Shown here in pieces: positions 50,084-64,000 of a stretch of 64,000 bases of DNA. The notes below the pieces were generated by a model, which was given only the letters and a program-made list of their open reading frames with translations, was not told where the DNA came from and did no database searches. Source of the DNA: Heterodontus francisci (Eukaryota); contig NC_090411.1 in the NCBI RefSeq assembly GCF_036365525.1, positions 32,008,432 through 32,072,431 on the forward strand, written 5' to 3'. Every line of letters begins with the position of its first letter. The stretch's first letter is position 1. The position numbers and the translations under genes are program-made.

Positions 50084-52210
50084 ATGATGGCCTCTCAAGT
50101 GCGTCAGAACTACCACAAGGACTGTGAAGATGCTGTTAACAAGCAAATCAACCTGGAGCTCTCTTCCTCCTATGTTTATCTTTCCATGGTGTGTATTGTT
50201 TTCTTGGGGTCCTATTTCAAAGTTAAGACTGGAATTTCAATACATTTTGAGTAGCTAGAATTTCTCTAGGTCCAACAATTGGGTTTATAATCTATCTCTG
50301 TAGTTTTCCCTTGATTTAAATCAGTGAACACTCTTGAGACAGGGACTTTATTCCTTGCTCTATAATATTTGAAAATAACTCCAAGGTTCCATGTGGTTTC
50401 CAATAGAGGATTCATGTTGAAGATGTATAAACCTATTCAACTTTGCCAACTTGGATGGCAACAATTAAGTTTAGTGACTAGTTAGTGGAACACTGTCTGA
50501 CTAGTTCTGGTCTGTCTTTCCCCTTTTGTAAATGAGTAAATCCTGTGGTGCTGAACTCTTTTGTTTGAGTAATGATTTTGTATGAAGCAGTAATCTAAAA
50601 GTCTTATTCTACTGAATGAAACTTTTCAATCACTTGTATCTTCATTGGGGGACAAAGGATGTCCTATTGTTAAATGTAGTTTAAATGCTGAAATGAAACT
50701 TGAATCCAAATAGTATTACTGCTTTTAATAATGTCACTGGGAGGAGCATTTGAACATATTAACTATTTTACAATATTAGCTTGAAAATCCAAGCCCCTTA
50801 ATTGAAAAATAATCTTTTGAGATAAAGAATGAGTGATTTACCATTATGTTGCTACCATTTTTAACATGGCCATGAATGAGATTTGGGTCTGACCTCTCCC
50901 TTTCCATTTTTGCCTCTACCTGCAGTCCTATTACTTTGACCGGGATGATGTTGCCCTGCATCGCTTTGCTGAGTTCTTGAAGGAGCAGTCACATGAGGAA
51001 AAGGAGCATGCTGAGAAACTGATGAAATTCCAGAATAAACGTGGAGGTCGTATCATCTTGGAGGACATCAAGGTTGGCTACTTGACTTGGAGGAGTCTAT
51101 GATCTAACTTGGATACTTTCAGTGACTGTTATTCTAATAACTTCAGTTCTCAACCTAGAGATTAATGAGTAAAATTCTTTGTTAATGAGTTGGTATGATT
51201 GATTTTTCTCTCTTCTATACATGATCAATAAATAGATGTTCAGATAGAACAATTTCTGTACTGTAAACTATTGGCTCAAACATGTGGTGCTTAACTAGGC
51301 AACAGTCTGGAGAATGTGGGGCACAGCTGTAGACTTCCCATGAATGGAGTTGAGGATTTTGAAAAAATTGGAGCTTCTGCCAAAAGGGCAGAGCAATGAA
51401 CTGATCCAGTGTCCTGTAATGGTCTGTCAGACCAATTGTTAAACCACATCCCTCACAATGCTACCTCAGTTTTGGGGTGCACAAATTATCTTTGTTACTG
51501 CTAACCCTGTTGACCTTGAGCATAATATCCCTTGGACTTGGCACTCCCACTAACAGGACCACTATTCTATTCCAGAAGCCAGTACAGGATGAGTGGAGCA
51601 ATGGTCTGGAGGCAATGCAGAGAGCTCTGCAGATGGAGAAGGATGTGAACCAGAGTCTGCTGGATCTGCACAAACTCTCCACTGGCAACACTGACCCTCA
51701 TGTAAGTTCCTAACATTGCAATTTTTCATGCACTGGTGATATTGGAATCTGCCCTTCACTCTACATTGGTAAACTTCTGTGTCAGTTTGTCTTTCATTTT
51801 TAGATTTTTGTTTTTGGGCCAAGAAGCCATCTACGCTGGATCATTAAACTGTTCCCAAGGCACTGTGTATCTGCAGCATCAAAATGTTTCTTGTGCAGTC
51901 CATTCCCTGTTTATTAAAATTGGTTTGCCATTTTTGGGTAATTCTGCTCTTGTCTGGTTAAATGTGCCCATGTCACACTGTCCCAATTTCAAACAAGTGT
52001 AATTTCTCTTCTGGAGAAGATCCTCATTAAACATCTGTTTGGCATTTTCTATTTCATGTCTAGTTGTGTGACTTCCTGGAGACTCACTACTTGGATGAGC
52101 AAGTGAAGATGATCAAGAAGCTTGGAGATCACATCACCAACCTGAAGAGACTGGGAGCACCTGACAATGGCATGGGAGAGTACCTGTTTGACAAGCACAC
52201 GCTGAGTTGA
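50084..52210 (+). CDS. Ferritin heavy/middle-type subunit (fth1-like), copy 9, intact ORF
   Basis: Exons 50084-50188, 50926-51072, 51576-51701 and 52064-52210. Variants ELSSSY (Y>S), [14 protein letters not shown] and KPVQ. Confidence 0.9.
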
Positions 52211-54376
52211 TGAGCATTATAGAATCATAGTTCTGTAATATTGGTCGAAATAAAATGTGATCCATTTCTGGTTATTATGTAGATTTCTCATTTCTTGCTG
52301 TCTGTGGAAATAAAAGTATTTATCATGGAGTGATCTTTGTTTTTCTTTGTATAGATAAGTAACTCATTTCATTATTCAGATCCCCATGATACCTAGCTGT
52401 TTAATATTTGGTTCCACTGCAACTTTACCATGCCTTTTGAGTTTTGCCCTCCTACATCCAGCTTCTGAGAACTGATTTCAATGTCTGCTTTGGCCAGTTT
52501 GCTCACATCTTCCAATTTCAGTGAGAAACCTGTCGGGAATATCTGAAATATGCAATTTTTATCACAAAGGTAGTTTCTTACAGCTGCAGATGCAATGTTG
52601 TGTAACATGAGGAAGGGATGCTGAATTTGGTTTTGATCCCTGTTCTCATTGGAGCACAAGGCAATGCAGAGAGTTTTGGTAGCGATGTGAAGATGCTGAC
52701 TGGTGTTAACTGATAGTACAAGTACAGGACCCATACTTTGGGGGTTTAGGCAAGAGATGAAGGAGTAGCTGAGGTGAACCTTTTTTATATATACAGCCAG
52801 TGTTCATGACCTGGACCTTCCATAAGTGGAGCCAAAAAATGACATCAAAAGGAAATTGGATGAGCAGGTGGAGACAAAAAAAACGTGTAGGTGCAAGAGT
52901 AGGGGAATGGGACTGAATGCATTGTACTGGTCACCAGAGCCTCCGTGGACTGAATGGCCTCCTGTGTCATAAATGACTGATACTATTCATTGTAAAATAT
53001 TCACCATCCTAATCTGCCTCGGGGCCAGGTTGTCATTTGTTCAACCATTACTTGCACCCCTATTCACCAGGAGCCATACTTACGAATGTCTGGGATGAGT
53101 GAGTGTAGAAATACTTGGGTCAGGTAGTTATAACACTCTAGGTCAGGTTATAATTTTCCCTCGCAATCAAGTCTCAATAGACTTCAGTTTTGCAGAAGCA
53201 ACAACACAGGACTTTACAACTCCTAAATTCCCTGGGGCTTGACCTCCATGTTGCACTTAGACGGAGCAACAGAGTTCTGTTCGAAGCTCTCCACTTTTCA
53301 TTTCCCCAACATGTCAGTTGGTTTGCAGATGTGCTGTGGAATGTTTCGGGCTGGACAATCTCTTTCAATATATTGTGGTTAGCATTGTTAGAATAGATTC
53401 ATTCTACACCCATCAAGCACAGCGTCAATTCTCCAAGAGATGGATCTAATTGTGCTCAACACAAAATGAAGTTCCATTTGCAGACTGCTGCAATTATGTT
53501 GACAAACTCTGAATCTGAGAACAAACTCTGAATCTGTGAACAGACTCAATCAGGTTCACTGTGAGAAAACTTAAAGAAGCCAACATCAAATACATCATTG
53601 ACAAGATTCTACTCGAGATTAGGAAAAACGGAAGCACGTGGAATTGCAGGATACGTTTAGACATGGTTGTGGAGTTGGTTGGGAGGTAGGAAACCGAGAG
53701 TAGAGATAATGGGTATGTACTCCAATTGGCAGGATACGACGAGTCATCTCTCCCAGGGATCTGTACCTGGGCCTCAGTTTTTCATTACATTTTTAAATGA
53801 CATGAAGGAATCGAGAGCCATATATCCAAGTTTGCTAATGACACTAAGTTAGGTGTTACAGTAAGTAGAGTAAATTGGAGCAGAAAATTGAAAAGGGAAG
53901 TTGATAGATTAATAGATAAATTGATAGATAAATTTCAATGTCAGATAGAGCGAGGACAGAGAGACATAAATCAGAATATTTTCCAAATGGTGAGGAGCTA
54001 GGAACTGTGGAGGAGCAGAGAGAGTTAGGGGTCCGTGTACAGAAATTACTAAAAGCTAGTGGACTAGTACATAAATGAATTAAAATGTCTAATAGACTGT
54101 TAGTCTTCATCTCAAGGAGTCTGTAAAACATCGGGTGGAGGTTATTGTATATTTGTATAAAGCCCTGGTTAGATCACATCTGGAGTACTGTGTTCAGCTT
54201 TGATATATTGACCTTGGTGGGAGTGCAGCACAGATTCACCAGAATGATACCAGGGATAAAAGGGTTAAATTACGAGGACAGTTTGCATTAATGACTTTTG
54301 TATTCTTCAAGTATAGAAGAGTAAAGAATTATTATAATTGATATGTTGAACATGAATAATAGATATGATAAGGTAT

Positions 54377-55378
54377 CGTTGTGACGGTGTTGCTATACTT
54401 CTCGTTGGTTTTTGTTGAGGACTCATATTTTACAATTATGGACATTGTTTTATTTTGGGAAAATTGAAAAGGATTGTATGGATTTTTTTTTCACTGGGGT
54501 CATTGAAAGGGCACTGAGAGGACTTATTGTAAACAACACTCACTGGAGTTACCTGTCTTCAGATAAATATCAGCAGGGGCTTTTTGACTTGGAGAAGATA
54601 TTTACAGAGAAGTGACAGGTCAAAATGTACAGGGGTCAGGAGGCTTGACTCTTGAGATATTGTTTTTGGTTTTGCTTTGAACTGTGTATTGGGGTATAAA
54701 CTGTTTCAAGGCAATTGGAGAAAACCAGCCAAGAGAGCAGTCACCATCAGCATCCTCTTCCATCTTTTTGAGAACTTCCTGTGAATTAAGTGTAAGAAAT
54801 AGAGAAACTGATGCTGCATGTCTCCTGAAAAGGCTGACAGAAACCCCGATGGTGCATCTCACCTGGAAAACCAGCCAAACTGATCTTCAATGTCGCCTGA
54901 AAAGAACTATTCTGGAAAGATCCCAGTGGCAGCCGCCTAAGGGTATTTGGGACACCAAACAAAAAAAGGGACAACTGACATCTTTCCATATCTTCTCTTT
55001 TATCTGCAAGAATTAGCAAGTATCAGGCCAAAGTATTCCTTTTTGTCTTGTTTTTATAACAGAGTTCTAAAAAGAAAATCTTTTTTTTCTAGTTCTCCAG
55101 TGTGTGTGTGTATGTTTGTGTGAGGGGCTAGGGTAAATGGGAACTTTCATTTTTCAATCGGTGTGTTATTGCTTTGCTTTGTTACTGGTTAATTCTTGTT
55201 TAATAATAAAATAATAATTTTGTTATTAAATAAACCTGGTTAGTCTATTTATACTGGGGTAAAATTAGAGTATATGATTGACCAAATCAGTAACTGGGTA
55301 AACATTTAAATACATGTTGTGACCTGTGGAGAAGTGGGATTAGAAAGAAATTGCACTCCTCCCACCTCGGTCCAAACA
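54377..55378. mobile_element. Solo-LTR-like element, duplicate
   Basis: Near-identical to 1292-2294. Confidence 0.55.
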
Positions 55379-55951
55379 GAAAATACAGAGGAACAATTTT
55401 CTCTGGTGACATAGTCCAGGACAAGGGGTATAATCTTAAAATTAGAGCTAGACCATTCAGGGGTGATGTCAGAAGCATTTTTTCACAAAAAGTGAAATGA
55501 AAAGCCGGAACTGTCTCCCCCAAAATGTTGAGATCAATTAAATATTTCAAAAGTGAGATTTTTGTCAGGTTTGGGTATGAAGGAATATGGATCCAATGCA
55601 GGCAAAATGCATTTAGAGACAAATCATGATCTAATTGAATGGTGGAACAGGCTTGAGGGGCTGATTGGCCTCCTCCTGTTCCTATGTTCCAATCACAGTC
55701 TAATCATCCAAACCTGCCTGAATTCCACAGCTCTCATTGTCTCTGGGTCGAACCCCCACAGTCCGTCTACATTGTTAATTGGTGCCTGGATTCATGAGCG
55801 ATTCCTGACTGGCTACCTGGAATTGTCAATCATCATTAATGATGTCATTCCCTGTTTGAATGCAGGCTGTCCCAGTAGCATAAATACAAGAGCTTGGGTA
55901 GGAAGCAGTTATATTGTTGTTTGAACTTAGCTTCTGTTAGTAGTAAAGATT

Positions 55952-58532
<2,581 letters not shown>

Positions 58533-60704
58533 TTAGCATTCTAGATTCATTAGTTCTGTAATATTGGTAGAAATAAAATGTGATCCATTTCTCCATTAGT
58601 ATGTAATAGTCATTTCTTGCTGTATGTGGAAATAAAAGTATTTATGGACTGAATTTGTTTTTCTTTGTATAGATAAGTAACTCATTTCATTACTCTGATC
58701 ACCAAGATACCTTGCTGTCTAATATCTAATTCCACTGAAACTTTACCATGCCTTTTTGAGTTTTGACCTCCTGCATCCAGCTTCTGCGAAGTGATTCAAT
58801 GTCTGCTTAGGATAGTTTGCTCACATCTTCCAATTTTCAGTGAGAAACTTATAGGGAATGTCTGAAATATGCAAGTTTTTCTGCAAAAGTAGTTTCTTGC
58901 ATCTGCAGCTGATATAATCATGCAGTTGTGTGACATAAGGAAGGGATGTTGAATTTGGTTTTGACCCCTGTTCTCATTGGAGCGAAGGGCAATGCAGAGA
59001 GATTTGATAGAGATGGGACCATGTTGACCAAGGAAGATCTAATCCTGTTAGCTGATAACACAAGTACTCACCAACGCAGCCTTGGGGGGTTTGGGCAAGT
59101 GATGTAGGAGTATCTGAGGAGAATTTTTTTTTTAATAGTATCAGTGGCAATGCCTTGGAACTTGCTGCTTATGCGAATGGTGGCAGTGTAGCCAATAAAT
59201 GATTTCAAAAGGAAATTGGATGAGCATTTGGAGGAAAATACTCGTAGGTGCTAGAGTAGGGGAATGGGGCTGAATGTATTGTACTGATCACGGGAAACTC
59301 CATGGACTGAATAGCCTCCTGTGTCATAAATGACTGACACTTCATTGTAAAACCTTCACCATCTTAATCTACCTTTGACCAGGTTGTCATTTGGCCAACT
59401 ATTACTTGCAACCCTATTCACCCAGGAGCTATATTTATGAATGTCTGGGATGAGTGAATGCAGAAATACTTGGGTCAGGTAGTTATGACCCCCTCTATTT
59501 CAGGTTAAAATCATCGCTTGCAAACAAGTCTCAAGTTCAGCTTTGCAGAAGCAACAACACAGGAATTCACAACTCTTAAATTCCTTGGGGCTAGACCTCC
59601 ATGTTGCACTTAGACAGAGCAACAGCATTCTGTTTGAAGCTCTCCACTTTTCATTTCCCCAACATGTCAGTTGGTTTGTAAATTCGCTTTGGGCTGGCCA
59701 ATCTTTTTCAACATATTGTGGTTAGCACTGTGAGAATACATTCATTCTAGACCCATCAAGCGCAGTGTCAATTCTCCAAGAGATGGATCCAATTGTGCTC
59801 AACACAAAATGAAGTTCCATTTGCAGACTCCTGCGATTATGTTGACAAACTCTGAATCTGAGAACAGATTCAATCGGATTCACTTCGAGAAAACTCAAAG
59901 TAGCCAACATCAAATACACCATTGACAGGATTCTACTGAAGAGATTAGGAAAAATGGAAGTACATGGAATTGCAGGAAACCTTTAGACATGGTCATGGAG
60001 TTGGTTGGGAGGTAGGAAACAGAGAATAGAGATAATGGGTATGAACTCCAATTGGCAGGATATGACTAGCCATCTCTCCCAGGGATCTGTACCTGGGCCT
60101 CAGTTTTTCATTATATTTATAAATGACATGAAGGAATCGAGCGCCATATATCCAAGTTTGCTAATGACACTAAGTTACTTAGGTGTTACAGTAGGTGGAG
60201 TAAATTGGAGCAGAAAATTGAAAAGCGACATTGATAGATTGTGAGTAGCCAAAACTGTGATCGATAAATTTCAATGTGAGATAGAGCGAGAACAGAGAGA
60301 GATAAATCAGAATATTTTCTAAATGGTGAGGAGCTAGGAACTGTGGAGGAGCAGAGAGAGTTAGGGGTCCGTGTACAGAAATTGCTAAAAGCTAGTGGAG
60401 TGGTATTTAAATGAATTAAAAAGTCGAATTGACTTCATCTCAAGGGTCTGGAATACAAAGGGGTGGAGGTTATGCTTTATTTGTATAAAGCTCTGGTTAG
60501 ATCACATCTGGAGTACTGTGTTCAGCTTTGATATATTGACCTTGGTGGGAGTGCAGCACAGATTCACCAGAATGATACCAGGGATAAAAGGGTTAAATTA
60601 CGAGGACAGTTTGCATTATCGACTCTTGTATTATACAAGTATAGAAGAGTAAAGAATTATTATAATTGATGTGTTTAACATGAGTACTAGATTTGATCAG
60701 GTGT

Positions 60705-62141
60705 TGTTATAACGGTGCTGCTACATTTCTTGTTGGTTTTTTTTGGTAGACTCATATTTTAGATTTATGGACATTGTTTTATTTTGGGAAAACTGAAAAG
60801 GATTCTATGGATTTTCTTGTCATTGTGGTCATTGAAAGGGCACTGAGAGGATTTGTGGTGAACAACCCTCACTGGCAGTCTCCAGTCTTCAGATAAATAT
60901 CCCAGCAGGGGCTTTTTGACTTGGAGAAGATGTTTACAGAGAAGTGACAGGTCAAGATTTATAGGGGTCAGGAGGCTTGACTCTTGAGATATTGTTTTTG
61001 ATTTTGCTTTGAACAGTGTGTTGGAGTGTGAACTGTTTTGAAGACAATTGGAGAAAACCAGCCAAGAGAGCAGTCACCATCAGCATCCTCTTCTATCTTT
61101 TTGAGAATTTCCTGTGAATTAAGTGTAAGAAATAGGGAAACTAATATTGCATGTCTCCTGAAAAGGCTGCCAGAAACCCTGATGGCGCATTTCACGTGGA
61201 AAACCTACCAAACTGATCTTCAATGTCGCCTGAAAAGATCTGTTCTAGAAAGATCCCAGTGGCAGCAGTCTACATGTATTTGGGACACGAAACCAAAAAA
61301 GGGACAACAGACATTTTTCGGTATCTTCTCTTTTTTCTTCAAGAATTAACAATATTTGGGCAAAGTATTCTTTTTTGCCTTTTTTGTAACAGAGCTCTAA
61401 AAAGAAAATCTCTTTTTCTGGTTATCCAGTGTGTGTGTGTATGTGTCTGTGTGAGGTAAAGACCTGCTACCCGACCCTAACACGACGGGACCTGACGTCA
61501 TGTGTCGGGTACAGGTCGGGTCGGGTCGCTCATTTGGGTGCGGCTTTCAGGCACTTCAGGTAAGAAGTGTTAAAAGTAAAAAACCCAGCTGAGGTGGGAG
61601 TCCGAGACGTCAAAGAGGGAAACTCTAAGTCTGCGCAGTGAGCGAGTGAACGTCCCTATGACGTCATCACGCTCATGCTGCAGCTTCCTGCAGATTGGGA
61701 GTCGCAGGGTAGGTAAAAGGAACATTCCGGTAGTTGGGTTGGGCTCAGGTCGGTTTGGGCTGGGTCGGGGTCGGGCTTGGGTCAGGGCATGGGAAGAAAA
61801 TGGAGGGACTCGGGCCGGATGGGGCTCGGGTCAGATGTGGTTCTGTTGGGTTTGCATCGGGTTTTTTTTCGTGACCTGAGCAGGCCTTTAGTGTGAGGGG
61901 CTAAGATAAAAGGGAACTTTCATATTTCAATCTGTGTGTTACTGGTTCAGTCTTGTTTTATAATTAACTGATAATTTTGTTGTTTATTAAAGAAACCTGG
62001 TTGGTGTATTTTATTTTGGGGTAAAAATAGAGTCTATGATCGACCGTATTGGTAACTGGGTAAACATTTAAATATATGTTGTGACCTGTGGAGAAGTGGA
62101 ACTAGAAAAAACAATGCCCTCCTCCCACCTCTGTCAGAACA
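60705..62141. mobile_element. Solo-LTR-like element with nested MITE, duplicate
   Basis: Near-identical to 18845-20281. Confidence 0.55.
61457..61890. mobile_element. hAT-type MITE, duplicate
   Basis: Same TIRs and TSD as 19597-20030. Confidence 0.85.
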
Positions 62142-62723
62142 ATATATAGAGAGAAACTATTTTCTCTGGTGGGGCAGTCCAGGACAGGGGCTATAATCTG
62201 AATATTAGAACTAGACCATTCAGGGGTGATGTTAGGAAACATTTCTTCACAAAAAGGGATATGGAAATCTGGAATTCTCTCCCCCAAAATGTTGACATCA
62301 ATTAAACATTTCAAAACTAAAACTGTTAGATTTTTGTTAGGTACAGGTATGATGCAATATGGATCCAATGCAGGCAAATGTCCTTAAGTGACAAACCATG
62401 ATCTAATTGAATGGTGGAACAGGCTTGAGGGGCTGATTGGCTTCCTCCTGTTCCTATGTTCCAATCACAGTATAATCATCCAAACCTGCCTGTATTCCAC
62501 AGCTCTCATTGTCGCTGGGTCCAACCCCCACAGCCTGACGACATTGTTAACTGGTGCCTGGATTCAATAACTATTCCTGACTGGCTACCTGGAATTGTCA
62601 ATCATCATTAATGATGTCATTCCCTGTTTGAATGCAGGCTGTCCCAACGGTACAAATACAAGAGCTTGTGCAGGAAACAGTTACATTGTTGTTTGAACTT
62701 AGCTTCTGTTAGTAGTAAAGATT

Positions 62724-64000
62724 ATGATGGCATCTCAAGTGTGTCAGAACTACCACAAGGACTGTGGAGATGCTGTTAACAAGCAAATCAACCTGGAGCT
62801 CTATTCCTCCTATGTTTATCTTTCCATGGTGTGTATTGTTTTCTTGGCGTTCTGTTTCAAAGTTAAGACTGGGATTTCAATGTATTTTGAGTAGCTAGAA
62901 TTTCTGTAGGTCTCACAGCTCCAGCGACCTGGGTTCAATTCTGGGTACTGCCTGTGTGGAGTTTGCAAGTTCTCCCTGTGTCTGCGTGGGTTTCCTCCGG
63001 GTGCTCTGGTTTCCTCCCATATGCCAAAGACTTGCTGGTTGATAGGTTAATTGGCCATTATAAATTGCTCCTAGTATAGGTAGGTGGTAGGGAAATATAG
63101 GGACAGGTGGAGATGTGGTAGGAATATGGGATTAGTGTATGATTTAGTATAAATGGGTGGTTGATGGTCAGCACAGACTCTGTAGGTCGAAGGGCCTGTT
63201 TCAGTGCTGTATTTCTAAACTAAAACTAAATATTAATTGGGTTTATAATGTATCTTTCTAGTTCTCCTAGACTTAAATCTGTGAATACCCTTGAAACAGG
63301 GACTCTATTCCTTGCTCTGTAATATTTATGTCCAATTTTGAAAGTAACTCCAGTTCTGTGTAGTTTCCAATAGAGGATTCACGATCATGTATAAACCTAT
63401 TCAACTTGAATGGCAACAATGAAGTTTAGTGACTAGTTAGTGGAACACTGTCTGACTAGTTCTGGTCTGTCTTTCCCCCTTTGTAAATGAGTAAATCCTG
63501 TGGTGCTGAATTCTTTTGTTTGAGTAATGAATTTGCATGAAGCAGTAATTGAAAAGTCTCATTCAGTCCAATAAGACTTTTAGATCACTTGTCTCTTCAT
63601 TGGTGGACGAAGGATGTCCTGCTGATAAATGTAGTTTAAATGCTGAAATGAAACTTGGATCCAAATAGTGTTACTGCTTTTAGTAATGTCACTGGGAGGA
63701 GCATTTCATCATGGTTAGTATTTTACAATATTAACTTGAAAAACCAAGCCCCTTAATTGAAGAAGATTCTTTTGAGATAAAGAATGGATGATTTACTAGG
63801 ATGTTATTTTTAACGTGACCATGAATGATATTTGGGTCTGACCTCTCCCTTTCCATTTTTGCCTCTACCTGCAGTCCTATTACTTTGACCGGGATGATGT
63901 TGCCCTGCGTCACTTTGCTGAGTTCTTCAAGGAGCAGTCACATGAGGAACGGGAGCACGCTGAGAAACTGATGACATTCCAGAATAAACGTGGAGGCCGG
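62724..64000 (+). CDS. Ferritin heavy/middle-type subunit (fth1-like), copy 11, 3' part outside the window
   Basis: Exon 1 at 62724-62828 (DCGDAV variant). Exon 2 runs from 63875 to the window end. Near-identical to copy 4. Confidence 0.88.
62910..63230 (+). mobile_element. 5'-truncated HE1-like SINE in intron 1 of copy 11
   Basis: Same insertion as 21050-21370. Confidence 0.85.

Overview
Eukaryotic, intron-containing vertebrate DNA, most likely from a shark or other chondrichthyan judging by the tRNA-derived HE1-like SINE and its CR1-type partner LINE. The whole window is a head-to-tail tandem array of 11 four-exon ferritin genes (H/M-type, 'heavy chain B-like', ferroxidase residues intact), all on the + strand and about 5-6.5 kb apart. 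Seven complete copies have intact ORFs, three carry premature TGA codons, and the last is cut by the window edge. The copies are mosaics of a few promoter/intron-1, intron-2 and intron-3/spacer types, and the switch points fall in or beside the nearly invariant exons. No canonical iron-responsive element (CAGUGN stem-loop) is visible between the TATA-like box and the ATG in any copy. The spacers and introns hold old and younger CR1-type LINE fragments, SINEs, a solo-LTR-like element, a hAT-type MITE with an 8-bp TSD, and a palindromic Penelope-like remnant with a decayed hammerhead-like motif. Element family names come from motif recognition, not from database searches.
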